Assembly (NCBI GenBank): GCA_964016885.1
Contig: OZ024748.1
Location: 35,712,001-35,776,000 of the forward strand
DNA: 64,000 bases
Direction of reading: 5' to 3'
Origin: Eledone cirrhosa
Lineage: Eukaryota
The translations under genes and the position numbers were made by a program. Under the pieces are notes generated by a model. It did not search any database, was not told where the DNA came from, and worked only from the letters and a program-made list of their open reading frames with translations. Below, one piece after another: positions 9,272 through 22,066 of this stretch. Every line of letters begins with the position of its first letter. Within the stretch, counting starts at the first letter, position 1.

Positions 9272-11584
9272 TTATTGTTCATTTAGCTTGGGTTTGAATT
9301 TATCAATAAAATTCTTTTCTTTGATTTTTCTCTTGATTTCACTTGGGCTGTGTAATTTGTAGAATGGGAATATTATAAATATTCCCTGACCACATGTTGC
9401 CAGGTGGCCGCTTAGGGGTATCTGACGGACATTTGGGTCTCTGATTTGTTGACGGTGTACCCGTGCACGTTCCGATAGTGCATTTCCAGTTTGACCGACA
9501 TATAGTTCTTCACAATTCGGGCATTTAATGCAGTAAATTAGATTTCTGCTTTTGCTGTTCATATTTGCATTTGGGAATATTTTTCCAGTTTTTGTTTTCA
9601 TATATTGACCGGCGTGTATGGATTGACATGTGCCGCATCGATTATCATTGCATTTAGATACAGTGAATGATTGGTCTTTGTTGTTAAGGTCAAACTTTGC
9701 TTTTGTTAGCAATTGCTTCAAATTTTTTGGTTGTCTTTTACTAAGAGTCAAAGATCGATCTGTGATTAAGCCTTTTAATTCATTACTTTGAGCAATGATC
9801 GGTAGGTTTGCTTTGGCAGTGTTGAAGATATTCTGGTGACATGGGTTGTGTGTCATTATAAATGGTATGACCAGTTCTTGGTTTCTTCTTCCTTGGGTTG
9901 TTCTAAGTTGTTGTATAGGTATTTTTATAGCCCGCTGTATGCCATTTTCTATAAGTAGAGATGGGTATTTTTGTTTGAGCAAAAATTCTCTTAGTTCTGT
10001 TAGGCGTTTGTACCTGGTATTCGTATCTTCTACAATGGTACAAATTCTTCTGGCTAGGCAGTATGGGATGTTGCGTTTTGTATGAGGTGGATGGCACGAC
10101 TTAAAATTCAGATATTGATGGGTGTCTGTGTGTTTATAATATATATCCGTGGTAATGGTGGTGTCGTTTTTGATTATCATTATATCTAGGAATGGTAATT
10201 TGGTCCTACTCATCTCTTTTGTGAATTGGAGAGATGGGTGTAGGTTATTCAGGAGGATATTGAACTCATCCAGAGTATCTAGAGATTCTGTCCAGATGAT
10301 GAAACAGTCGTCAAGGTATCTCTTCCAAGATTTTTCAATGTACTTTCTAAAGTCAGTACTATATTTTTCCTCTATTTCTTGGTAGAGTTGTTGTTCTAAG
10401 TATCCCATTACAGAGTTCGCGTAAACGGGAGCAAACTTCGTTCCCATCGCTGTGCCTCTAATTTGGATGTAATTCTTTCCATTGAAGAAGAACGTGTTGT
10501 TTTCCAGAATAAGTTTAACTGCGTCTAATATAAATGGCGCTGTGAATCTAATGGGAATCACTTCTCTATGTTTTTCCACCCAGTATTTAACCGCCTTTAT
10601 TCCTAAATCATGTGTAATGTTGGTGTAAAGGCTTACCACATCAAAACTGAGTAGAAGTGAATTCGTTTCCGTGGTTTTGGGAAGATGGGACAGGAAGTCG
10701 ATATCATCGCGGATGAAACTGGGTATGTGAATACATAGTGGTTTCAAAATAATGTCAACAAAATTGCTTAGACGGTGAGTGGGGCATGTTGGACCAGCTA
10801 TAATAGGTCTAAGTTTTAAGTCTTTTGGGTGTAATAATTTAATGTACTCACTGTTTTGTTCTCTTACTGCCAGTTGTATTTCTTTTGACTTGTGAACTTT
10901 CGGTAGGCCATACAGGTTGCTGGGTTTCGGCTCAAAATTGGTGATGTAGTCTCTTTCCTTATCAGTAAATGAGTTGTGGTATTTTGAAGCCAGGTTGTTG
11001 ATCTTCTTCATGATGTTGTGGTCTATATTTGACGGTATTTCATGATAGAATGTTGTGTCTTTCAGTTGTTCCTCAACCAAATCCTTGTAGTATTCAGTAT
11101 CCATTATAACAACTGCACCCCCTTTATCTGCTTGTTTAATTATTATTGTTTTATCATTTTGTATACGTTTAAGTGCAGACATTTCTGATTTGTTAATGTT
11201 TGGTCTAACATTAGTATTATGTCTAAGAGGAAATTTAGACAGGATGTCAATGTATTGGTCGAGATAGATATTTCTTCCTTTTGGCGGAGTGAAATTTGAT
11301 TTATTCTTTACTAGTGATTCATCACTCTCATTATTTTTATCAGCGAAGAATTCTACAAGACGTAATTTTCGACAGAATTCTTGGGTATCCTCCTTCAGTT
11401 CTTGGTGGTTGACTGTTGGAGTCGGTGTGAATTTCAGTCCCTTTGACAGAATTTGCATTTCATCATTGTCAAGATCTCTTTTAGATAAATTAATTATTTT
11501 AGGATCTACGTGTACAGCTGTTTTGGGTATGTTTCCTCCTGGAGTTTTTCTTTTTCCGGTTTTTGTTGTCCTGACGTTAAAAAA
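9272..11584 (-). CDS. PLE reverse transcriptase + C-terminal GIY-YIG endonuclease (first Met at 11458; frame open to 11584)
   Basis: IINLS..LSKGLKFTP, ADKGGAVV, YGLPKVHK, LRPII, FDVVSLYTNI, GTAMGT, RYLDD, LPFLD, CNDNRCGTC linker, LIYCIKCPNCEELYVGQT; uninterrupted 728 aa. Confidence 0.95.
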   Translation of the reverse strand, partial: FFNVRTTKTGKRKTPGGNIPKTAVHVDPKIINLSKRDLDNDEMQILSKGLKFTPTPTVNHQELKEDTQEFCRKLRLVEFFADKNNESDESLVKNKSNFTPPKGRNIYLDQYIDILSKFPLRHNTNVRPNINKSEMSALKRIQNDKTIIIKQADKGGAVVIMDTEYYKDLVEEQLKDTTFYHEIPSNIDHNIMKKINNLASKYHNSFTDKERDYITNFEPKPSNLYGLPKVHKSKEIQLAVREQNSEYIKLLHPKDLKLRPIIAGPTCPTHRLSNFVDIILKPLCIHIPSFIRDDIDFLSHLPKTTETNSLLLSFDVVSLYTNITHDLGIKAVKYWVEKHREVIPIRFTAPFILDAVKLILENNTFFFNGKNYIQIRGTAMGTKFAPVYANSVMGYLEQQLYQEIEEKYSTDFRKYIEKSWKRYLDDCFIIWTESLDTLDEFNILLNNLHPSLQFTKEMSRTKLPFLDIMIIKNDTTITTDIYYKHTDTHQYLNFKSCHPPHTKRNIPYCLARRICTIVEDTNTRYKRLTELREFLLKQKYPSLLIENGIQRAIKIPIQQLRTTQGRRNQELVIPFIMTHNPCHQNIFNTAKANLPIIAQSNELKGLITDRSLTLSKRQPKNLKQLLTKAKFDLNNKDQSFTVSKCNDNRCGTCQSIHAGQYMKTKTGKIFPNANMNSKSRNLIYCIKCPNCEELYVGQTGNALSERARVHRQQIRDPNVRQIPLSGHLATCGQGIFIIFPFYKLHSPSEIKRKIKEKNFIDKFKPKLNEQ

Positions 11585-12398
11585 TTAATTTTTCTCTGTT
11601 CAGGATTTATATTCCTGTTGGTGTTCGCTTGATGAACTTTTGGTCGTGATATTATATTTGGTTTCGTTATGTATTTTGTCCTATTTTTGGTATTCTGTAT
11701 ATTATTTTTCTTCCTGTTAGCATTATTTTTAACAATCTGGGAAAATGACCTAGGTTTGCTTTCAGGTTTAGATCGTTTTTTCGTCCAGTTTCTTGTGGGC
11801 AATCTCTGTTGAGATCTTGAGAGTGATCTGGTTATTCTACGTTTTGTTTCCACATTCCTTGTTGGTAGTCTCTGTTGAGATCTTGAGAATGATCTCCTGG
11901 TTTTACTACTTCTCATGGTCTGGTCAAAGGAATACCTATCGTGTTTGTGCTTTTTGTTCATGTTGTGTGCGATAGGGTGTTTTTGTAGAAAAAGCGAAGA
12001 GTTATTACCGTAGTTCTTCTTTGATTCAAGGTAAGGTGAGTGTTTGTGTTGGCACGTGTTCTGGCGTATGTTGTGTTGATGAGATTGTCCACTTTTAATG
12101 CTTTTTCTCAGGGTTCCAGAGTCTTTACCGTAATTTGCAGCATATTCATCGAGAAATAATTGTTTCTGCTGCCATACCTTTCTTGATTTGTTTTCTTCTT
12201 TTGAGATATCTCCGATCCATAGTTCTCGTAGTTTTTCAGCTATAATACCAGTCGTTAGCTTTGAAATTTCAACTTCAATTTGGTCATCAATAGCTTCATA
12301 TTTGGCTTTGTAGCGGGATTGTTTACATTCAGAAATGGAGATGTCGGTCCTGAATTTTGGAGTTTTGTTTCTTCTCCTGGTTCTCCTGCAATTTCTGT
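11506..12398 (-). CDS. PLE ORF1-like basic/low-complexity protein, 5'-truncated
   Basis: ~300 open codons overlapping the RT frame by ~80 nt; 60-bp internal duplication (RSxSRSQQRLPTRN x2); the track's start in the TA/Helitron junction is spurious. Confidence 0.6.
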
Positions 12399-12433
12399 AT
12401 ATATATATATATATATATGTACACATATATATA

Positions 12434-13806
12434 CTAGCTGCACCGTCAGGCTGGTGCTCGGCTAGGTATACCGACATTTTATCTTTTCAGGAATCCCCCC
12501 TCCACTCCAGTGCAAAGATACCGCCCTCTCATGTCTGCGAGGTTGGGGTGGGGGGTTGGCGAGGGATTAACGTGCTCTGATGTTGGATTTGAATAGTTTT
12601 TAGGATTCCCCAGTTCAGCAGCCAGTACGTTAAAGATAATTGATAGTTACAACAATAAAGGCTGAACAGAGAACACATTTTTTAACAAACAATAATTTGT
12701 ACAACCATAATGGAAATTCAAAGTAACAGAAAATATTTAAATTACATTGTTAGAGCCTCAGAGTATACAATAGTTTTTGTTCGGCCCTCCGGAACAAAGA
12801 TGAAGAGATTGTTTGGCGAGCTCACCCTAGAGCATCCTACATACAATTGACCACGGGAGAAGCAGTGATCTCGTAGCTCGTCACGCGGAGAAGCTCTGTA
12901 GACGTTGACCTCTGGACACTCCTGTCAGGAGCAGGTAAGCTGTAATGACTTAGAGGCCTACCACCAATCTCCAGAACACTGTTTTCAAGACATTGAAATT
13001 GACATCGTATGTTACGTTCGGATTGTGTCTGTGTGTGCGGTGGAGGATGTCCGCAGCTAGACTTTCATGGTTGTTGTTCCACAGTGCGAGAGGGTCGGCG
13101 AGATCGCAATTGTGCAGCATAATAGCAAAAGGTTTTCGCAGCTGAGAAGAGACTTTAACAGTTGCTGCTTCTTGCAGGGTGAGGTGTCAATGGCTGTCAT
13201 CGTGTAACATACCACGCATCTGGCAAGCCAAACGGTAAGTGGAACATTGATGGCCATTGATGGTTCTCAGATCTTGGAAAGACTCTGGTCCTCTAACCTC
13301 GAACAGTAACAATGACGATAACCTGTCTGTGCTTTCGTGAAATAAATAGGGTTTTTGTTTTTGTGTAGGCAAAAATATCTGTACACGAATATATATATTA
13401 AAATAACAGATTAAAGTGTAAGCAAAGAATCGCTGCTTTCACCCTTAACGGGATATTCTGAAACTGAAAAAATCCGTCTTGAACGCAGAGTAAATATTTC
13501 GAAAAATGTTATCTAATGCAGACAGCCAGACATACAGAGACATAGAAAAAGAAGGGAATGTTGTGCGACGTCATAAGAAAAAGTGAGGAATGAAGTATAA
13601 CCGGAAGTGTTGACATTTGAAATTTTAAAGAAGTGAATATTTAAATAATGTCTTTAATATTTTAACAAAATTTAGTAGACAAAAATAGCCTCACTTTCTT
13701 ACTTGGAAAAAGTTATATCTATGGTGCAAATTAGGTGCTGTTTGGTCTAGCCGTTTGGCGGAAAGTTTGTTACCTATATACGGCCGTCAGCTTTATAGTA
13801 TATATA
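12434..13806 (-). mobile_element. Non-autonomous Helitron (internally deleted), copy 1
   Basis: 3' GC-rich hairpin + CTAG then T at 12434; RepHel remnants VRGPESFQDLRTING..YRLAC..GMLHDD and FSRGQLYVGCSRVSSPNNL (Pif1 C-terminus). Confidence 0.9.
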
Positions 13807-13807
13807 A

Positions 13808-13810
<3 letters not shown>

Positions 13811-13877
<67 letters not shown>

Positions 13878-13883
13878 TCTCAG

Positions 13884-13962
<79 letters not shown>
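13811..13962. repeat. (CT)n microsatellite
   Basis: Direct reading. Confidence 0.95.
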
Positions 13963-13964
<2 letters not shown>

Positions 13965-14036
13965 GTGTGTGTGTGTATATATATATATACCCCCCCTCTC
14001 TCTATATATATATATATAGAGAGTATATATATATAT

Positions 14037-14208
14037 ACAATGATATTAAATAAATGGAAACTATATTTATAAAACCATATTTAAATATAGTTTCCATTTA
14101 TTTAATATCATTGAATATTATACTCCAGAAGACTGTCGAGTGCTCTGAATCAGTTATAAACATTTATATTTGTTGAATTACCAACAAATTGAATATCCCT
14201 TCTGCTTA
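14037..14208. repeat. Family D short fold-back fragment (no HHR retained)
   Basis: Matches 47292- and 57808-58724 sequences; inverted arms centred near 14080. Confidence 0.8.
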
Positions 14209-14218
14209 TATATATATA

Positions 14219-14266
<48 letters not shown>

Positions 14267-14297
14267 AAATAAAGGGTAGATAGATGAAACGATATCT

Positions 14298-14461
14298 CTT
14301 GTTGCTGATGTTACTGTGTGGTTACTGTTGTTGTTATTGTTGTTGTTGTTGTTGTTGTTGTTATTGTTGTTGTTACTGTTGTGGTTACTGTTGGTGTTAT
14401 TGTTGTTGTTGTTGTTGTTGTTGTTATTGTTGTTGTTACTGTTGTGGATACTGTTGGTGTT

Positions 14462-14494
<33 letters not shown>

Positions 14495-14892
14495 ATTGTT
14501 GTTGTTACTGTTGTTATTGTTGTTGTTACTGTTGTGGTTACTGTTGTCGTTATTGTTATTGGTGTTGTTGTTGTTGTTATTGTTGTTGTTACTGTTGTGA
14601 TTACTGTTGTTGTTATTGTTGTTGTTGTTATTGTTGTTATTGTTGTTAGTGATGTCTGTAATATTGCTACTGATATTTGGTTTGATATGTCCCGAAGATG
14701 GGGGCATAAATTTAGTTTAATTATACCTTAATTAACACTGGCTAAACTAATTAATGTTAGAACAATGTCTGCTCATATATATGCCAGCAGACATACACAC
14801 ACACACACATACACACACAGACACAGACACACAGACACACATACAGACACACACACACATACAGACACACAGACACAGACACACAGACACAG

Positions 14893-14925
<33 letters not shown>

Positions 14926-15060
14926 TACACACACACACACACACATACAGACACACACACACAGACTCACACACACACACACACGCACACATACATATAT
15001 AATGTAAAGCATACATACATCTGCATGTATGTATTTATATGTCATCAGTACGTCATATGC

Positions 15061-15102
<42 letters not shown>

Positions 15103-15106
15103 CACA

Positions 15107-15144
<38 letters not shown>

Positions 15145-15374
15145 TACACACACACACACATACATACACCCACACACACACATATATATGTCTATGTAGG
15201 CGTAGCCACACATCTCTCCATCTCTCTAAACTTTTGAAAATCATGAAACTTTTGAAACCAGTAAATCATAAATTATTGTAAAAAAGACTCCAACTTCATT
15301 TTCAACTTCTTTTCCTTATATTTCTACTCGAGTGGCATACATTGAAATAATCTTACTCTCGACCCCCCCCCCCC

Positions 15375-15458
<84 letters not shown>

Positions 15459-15574
15459 ATACATATACATATATACATATACATATATATATATACATAC
15501 ATATACATATATATATATATACATATATATATATACATATATATATATATACATATATATATATACATACATAC

Positions 15575-15645
<71 letters not shown>
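14298..15645. repeat. Compound microsatellites (GTT)n, (CA)n, (TA)n
   Basis: Direct reading; source of the low-complexity ORFs. Confidence 0.95.
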
Positions 15646-15650
<5 letters not shown>

Positions 15651-15651
<1 letters not shown>

Positions 15652-15826
15652 GAGGCGCGTGGGTGAGTGGTTAGAGAATTGGATTAACAATCGTGAGGTC
15701 GGGAGTTCGATTCCCGAACCGGGGGATGCTCCTTCTACCTGGAGTTGCGACTGTATTAGCAATTGGAAAGACCAATGGAAACATTGTTTCCTCGGTCCGA
15801 TTTGACGAAAGTCGATCGACTGTCGA
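15651..15826 (+). mobile_element. tRNA-derived SINE (head with Pol III A/B boxes)
   Basis: GGAGGCGCG-TGGGTGAGTGG-TTAGA...GGAGTTCGATTCCC. Confidence 0.7.
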
Positions 15827-16079
15827 TATATATATATATATATGCACTCGCCAAATTTATTCCAAAGTCTGTTGAAAATATGGCAATGAAGTTCGATTGT
15901 ATGTATGAATATATGTTTGTATATATGTAATTCATTAGTAGAGAAAAGCAATGAAGAATGACATGATGCTGAATGAAAACAAAAGCACTATATATACAAA
16001 CACACACACAGACCTCAACTAAATATGGAATGATACGCGATGGGGCTCCGCCACAGTCCCGGCGGTCAGAATGTAGAAG

Positions 16080-16530
16080 GTGTTTCCCCGGGAAAGGGAA
16101 GCCTGCAGCGTCCAAGCCATGCTTTATGACCTCGTTGAGGGCAGCATGGCGTGGAAGGCGGCCGGCACTGTGGTAACAGGAAAGCGGGAGGAGGCCGAAA
16201 GAATCCACGGTGGATCCGCAACGAAATTGTTGTGGCTCGCAGATCCGGAGGTCGAGCCTCAAGGAAACACCAATGAGCAGGCTATTATTGTCTAGCTGCG
16301 TGCCAGTGGAGAAGGAGGGTAGGGCATGGAGCCAGGCACCACTGTGGCGTTTGGACGCCGCACGAAAACAGGCAAGGCGGTGCTGGTCGAGCTGGCGCGT
16401 AAGCCTGTCTGAAGCCAGGTTACACTGGATGGCATCCCAAGTGCTTTGGGGGGGGGGGACTTGACGTCAAGAAGGGGAGGAGGAGGAAGGACGTCTACTG
16501 GGCTGAGTCCCAGCCGGTCCCACGTCTCAC
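16080..16530 (-). mobile_element. RLE-type non-LTR retrotransposon fragment (CRE-like zinc knuckle/RH region)
   Basis: SGAWLHALP...LRLDLRICEPQQFRCGSTVDSFGLLPLSC..SAGRLPRHAALNEVIK. Confidence 0.7.
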
Positions 16531-19500
16531 AGGAGAAGGCATCTCAGGAAACTGGGTTAACTCCGACGTAAAACCTGCGGCTCAGTAGTTACCGATGATG
16601 TTGATCTTTTCTTTTTTTTCGGTTTATAGCTACTGTCGTGGGATTGGCTCAGTGCACAGTCTTTCCTCACTTTAAAAATATTCTTCACGCACAGGCATTG
16701 CATGATTAGATTAATTAATAATTATTAATAGTGTATTATTATTATTATTGTTACTATTATTATTACTTTTTTTTTCCCAATTCAATGATGTTCCAAAACA
16801 TTATAAAAGAGATAATTGGCAATAAGGGTTCTGGAACAAAAGAGATAATTGGTTATCACAGCTTGGGCCCGCTCGTCATCGTGCCACTGTAATAGAGCCA
16901 AACAAGGCATTTAGTCTTGGCTGTTGGAACGTACGGACGCTACTTGACAGGGATTCCTTGGAACGTCCTGAACGAAGGACCGCACTTGTTGCAAAGGAGC
17001 TTCGACGTTACGATCTTGACATCGTAGCTTTATCTGAGACGAGGTTAGCTGAAAATGGTCATCTTACAGAATTTTGTGGAGAATATACATTCTTCTGGAA
17101 AGGAAGAGATGAAGGAACCAGAAGAGAGGCTGGGGTAGCATTTGCTGTTAAGACGGCTCTTGTGGATACATTAGAAGAATTCCCAGTGGGGATTAGTGAG
17201 CGTCTTATGTCCATGACAATTCCGTTGGACAAAGGAAGATATGCGACCCTGGTGAGTGTGTATGCTCCAACTATGAATTCTGTCGATGAAGAAAATGTGT
17301 CCTTTTACCATGCTTTGAAAAGTGTTTTAAGAAATATCCCTCAGGCAGACAAAGTCATCGTGCTTGGTGACTTTAATGCTAGAGTGGGTAGGGATTTTAG
17401 TGATCGGAAGGCATGGTGTGGGAAAGTGTAATAACAATGGTATGCTCCTGCTGCAGACATGTGAGGAGCTGGATCTGTGTGTTACCAACACCATGTTCCA
17501 ACAAAAGAACAAATTTAAGACTACGTGGATGCATCCTGCATCTAAGGAATGGCATCTTTTGGACTACGTCCTTGTCAGGATGCGTGACAGACGGGATATG
17601 CAGTGTGTTCGTGCTCTTCGTGAAGCTGAGTGCTGGACGGAGCACCACCTGGTACGCGCAAAAGTAAATCACTAAACGTAAAATCCGGGCTCCTAGTGTT
17701 ACCCTGCCCAGAAGATTGAATGCTACTCGTCTTAGGGATACAAATATGAAGGGAACATTGCGAGAAGAGATGCAGGTTGCAGATCTTGGTGAGGATTGGC
17801 CGACCCTTAAAAAGTCGGTTTATGATGTAGGCAGGCGTGTTCTGGGATTGGTGCAGAGAAAACATCAAGACTGGTTTAATGAGAATGATGAACATATAGA
17901 AGGCTTGTTGGCTGATAAGAGGCGTGCCCTGTCACGCCACTTGACAGCAAAACCACAGGAGAAGAATATGTTGCATAAGCAACTCAAGGATGTGAAATCA
18001 CGTGTTAGGCGGAGTCTTTCTCACATGAAGGATCAGTGGTGGAGTGAGAAGGCTGATGAGATACAAGCTGCGCCAGATTCCAATAACACAGAGCTGTTGT
18101 ACAGTCTCTTGCGTGAAGTTTATGGACCGTCTTCTTCTCTGGTGACACCCCTTCGCAGCAGGGATGGCAAAGAACTTCTTCGTGACTCACAAGGAATTCT
18201 ACGAAGGTAGCGAGAGCACTTTCATGAACTTTTGAATCAGCTGTCTGTCGTCAATGAAGATTTCCTCAATCTCATTCCAGAAAAACGCTTGTGGATGTTG
18301 CAGTAGCTATTTCGAAGCTGAACAGTGGAAGGTCTCCAGGTATGGATGGCATACATCTAGAGCTCCTACAATATGGTGGTGAGAGACTTCTGCAACATCT
18401 TCACTCTTTGTTTGGCATGATATGGGTTAATGAATCCGTACCTGAGGACTGGAGAGATGCAGTAATGGTACAAGGGAAAGGGTAACAGGAATGATTGTGG
18501 GAACTACAGAGGTATATCATTGCTTTCTGTCGTAGGGAAAGTTTTATGTATGGTATTTCTGGACCGTCTGCTGACACATTGCAGATTGTGTTCTTCCTGA
18601 AAGTCAATCTGGTTTTCGTGCTGGACGCCGCACTACTGATATGATCTTCTCAGCTATACAGCTCCAGGAGAAGTGCATGGATCAAGGTTTGGATCTGTAT
18701 CAGGTTTTTGTCGATCTGACAAAAGCTTTCCATACTGTTAACAGAAATGCATTATGGAATCTTGGTTGCCCTGATAAGTTCCTTGCTTTGGTTAGGTCTT
18801 TCCATGACGACATGAAGGCTTGGGTTAATGTCGGAGGTAACATGTCGGAGCCTATCTCAGTAAAAAGTGGAGTGAAACAGGGGGATATTCCAGCACCGAC
18901 CCTGTTTGCCATATACTTTGCAATGGTTTCCTATATTGCATTCAGGAATTGCGAGCATGGTGTTTACATCCAATATCGAACCTCATGCAGCATATTTAAC
19001 ATCAGGCGCTTTGCTGTAAAAACAAAAGTATTTACATCAATCATAAGAGACCTCTTGTATGCAGATGATTGCGATCTTGTAACGCACACAGAGAGTAATA
19101 TGCAGCACATTGAATGCATTTGAATGCATTTTCTGATGCTTGCACTGCCCTAGGATTGACTGTCAGTCTCAAGAAAACCGTCGTCATGTACCAACCTGCC
19201 CCTGGTAAGCAGTACAGTGATCCAAGTAACTATGTGTATGGTCGACTTGGAGTGGTTGATCAGTTTGTCTACCTGGGAAGCACTGTCAATCGATACAGCA
19301 ACCTTGATAATGAAATCCCACTCAGGATTAGGAAAGCAAGTGATGCTTTTGGAAAGCTAGAAAGGCGACCCTGGGGTCGGCGAGACATATGCAAGAAGAC
19401 AAAGGTAAAGGTGTATAAGGCATGTGTGCTCTCTTCTCTTCTGTATGCCTGCGAGACCTGGGTCACATATCGACACCACCTTAAGCAATTGGAGCGTTTC

Positions 19501-20190
19501 CATCAGATGTGTCTCAGACGGATCCATGGCGTTCACTGGAGGGACCACATCAGTGATGTCGAGATTTTGGAAAGCTCTCTGTGTGACAGTATGGAAGCTC
19601 TTGTGCTTAAGCAAAGACTCCGTTGGAGAGGTCACCTTGCCAGGATGAAGGATTCTACAATACCAAAACAACTCTTTTAAAGAGGTATAAGGATTCCTTG
19701 AAAGCCTATTTGAAAGACGCTAACATCTCTGCTGATACATAGGAAAATGTTGCTGCTGATCGTAATAAATGGAGAAAGACTGTATATGAAGGGAAAGTTG
19801 CCTTTGAGGCATCTCGAATCGCATACGAGAAAGTAAAGTGGGGTGTGAGGAAGGGCATTGCTGTTGCACTTCCAGACGGCGCTGACATGTAGCGTCTGTA
19901 CGAGACTCTGCCTAAGCAAAGCTGGACTCGAAAGTCATCTGCGCAGTCATAAAGTAAGACCAGTGGTTGACTACCAGGCCGCTGTTGGAGATGCTACTCA
20001 CCATGCTTGCCAAGCATGTGGTAGAGAATGTAAATCAGCAGGAGAGCTCAAACGACATGCAAAAGTAGACGAACTCCAACCACAACCGGCTATTCCCAGT
20101 TAATGTTTTGGTTGCCAACTCTGTACAAGATATTTTAGATCATTAGCTGGACTAAAAAGCCAAATTGGATCGCAGCGCTGTTAATTGCTA
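16531..20190 (+). mobile_element. RTE-clade LINE (APE endonuclease + RT + C-terminal C2H2 fingers), multiply frameshifted
   Basis: WNVRTL/ERRTALVAKEL/ALSETR/GDFNARVG (APE); SPGMDGI, FVDLTKAF, GVKQGD, LYADD, YLGS (RT); CSVC..GLESHLRSH; 5' UTR matches 27120-27320. Confidence 0.93.
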
Positions 20191-20225
20191 TCGTGTGTGT
20201 GTGTGTGAGTGTGTGTAGATATGTT

Positions 20226-20274
<49 letters not shown>

Positions 20275-20356
20275 ATTGTTGTTGTTGTCGTCGTTATTAT
20301 TATTTTTGTCATTTTCTTTTTCATATTTTTTGTTTTCTTTTTCTCGTGCAATGGCC

Positions 20357-20387
<31 letters not shown>

Positions 20388-20426
20388 TGTATGTATGTAT
20401 GTATGTATGTATGTATGTATGTATGT

Positions 20427-21946
20427 TTTCTCTTTCTCTTAATTTTGAGTATATTTTTTTGACCGGCCACCTTCCTGGTGGCAAGGTTGTAAAAGAAAAG
20501 AAATTGTCATCCCTTGAATCGCAAGAATGCCTTGCAAACCCTGAAGGCGCCAGCTATCGTAGCCACCCGTAGACTATGAATTAGGGAGCTGCGCTTTTTG
20601 TCCGCAAATCCAAGTTCAGTCATACTTTGGTCCAAGCGGGTTGGTATATAACCCGTAGCACCAATAATGATGGGTATGAAGCTAAAGGTGTATCTTGGAT
20701 ACTGGATTTGTAAACTCCTCATCAATGGTCCGCAGATGTCCTCCTTCTCCTGTATTTTTCTGACAACGTTTACATCAAGTGGGCAGCTGATCTCCACAAC
20801 AGAACACGTTTTCAATGTGTGGTCCCAAACTACAATATCAGGCCGGTTGTGCTTTAATTTGGTGGCAGTTTTTATTTTCAGGTTCCACCAGTATTCCTTA
20901 GTGCCATCTGTCACAATATATTCTTCCTCGTTTGTTGTTAATTTTGTTTTCCGAAGTGCGTTCCAGATGGTTCTAGCTATCCCATCGTGTCTCATGGGGA
21001 GGTAGTAGCGAGATGACATTCTTTCGCAGCTGGCAACAATGTGGCTTACACCCTCGATCTTTGTTTTACATAGCCTACATTTATTGCCAGCTGCTGGCCC
21101 TCCTCTTTAGTGCAGCAGATATTTGGTAGGGAGTTCTTGTTCCTGTATTGCATAGAGATATCCCTCAAGGTGTGATGTCATAAACTTGTCGGAACTCCAT
21201 GCCAGGCTTTTTGAATGGTTTATCCCCTCTATGGTCTGTGTTTTACGCCTCAAGTATCCATGCACAACTTTTTCTGTAAATTGGTCAATTTTTTTTATCT
21301 TGTTTGAACATTGAATAGGATCTTCCGATTTCTCTGGGTGAGAGATTTATATCAGGCTTTATTCCATATCTCTCCTCCAGATCAGTCGCTATTCTAATGA
21401 TATTTCTTTTTTCATGGTCATAAACCTGGGCAAGATGGTTGCCAACCTTTTTCCTCTGTTGAAGGTGTTGCTTCAGTGTTACTATCCGGGTCTCATATGT
21501 TGTTAATATTGATTTTAGACCCCGGCCACCTTCCTTGCGTGAGAAGTATAGCCTATCCACATCACCATTGATGTTAAAGTTCCCAGTAACACCGAGAAGT
21601 TTTCGAGTTCTAACATCCATCTCACTTAGTTCTTGCAATGACCAGTTCAGTAGGCCAAATGTTGGCGTTAGAATTGGCACAGCATAAGTATTGTGGGCAA
21701 TGTATTTGTTGTATGCTGACAGTTCTGATGACCATATTTTCTTTACTCTTCTGCGGTATTCAGTTCTGGTTCTCTCCTTATTTATGGGTCCATCATATCT
21801 GACATTCTCATCCTGTCCAAGATATCTGTAGTTGTCACCTGACTGCAGAGGTTGTATTGTCAGGCCGTTCATCTCTAGATTTCTAGAGGAGGGCACAGCT
21901 CTTCCACGTTTTACTGCCAAATATGCACACTTGGACTCACTTGGAC
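20427..21946 (-). mobile_element. R4-clade (Dong/Rex6-like) LINE, 5'-truncated, in (CATA)n
   Basis: YRYLG, RLYFSRKEGGRGL, CRLC..SHIVASC, RHD, NRPDIVVWD..VVEISCP (PD-(D/E)xK RLE); (TATG)n on both sides. Confidence 0.88.
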
Positions 21947-22066
21947 TATGTATGTATGTATGTATGTATGTATGTATGTATGTATGTATGTATGTATGTA
22001 TGTATGTATGTATGTATGTATGTACGTATGCATGTATGTATGTATGTATGCATGTATGTATGTATG

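Larger units (their letters stand above)
8720..12398 (-). mobile_element. Neptune-type Penelope-like retroelement, 5'-truncated
   Basis: Basic ORF1 remnant + RT/GIY-YIG ORF + 3' non-coding region with HHR; bounded by (TA)-rich repeats. Confidence 0.92.

Noticed and set aside
9272-11458. Naiad/Chlamys-type (selenoprotein) PLE or telomerase
   Set aside because: The endonuclease is C-terminal, there is no in-frame TGA, and no TERT-specific domains are visible
13735-15951. Many ORFs rich in YI, CV, HT, LS, N (also throughout the window)
   Set aside because: Translations of (TA)n, (CA)n, (CT)n, (GTT)n and (TATG)n microsatellites
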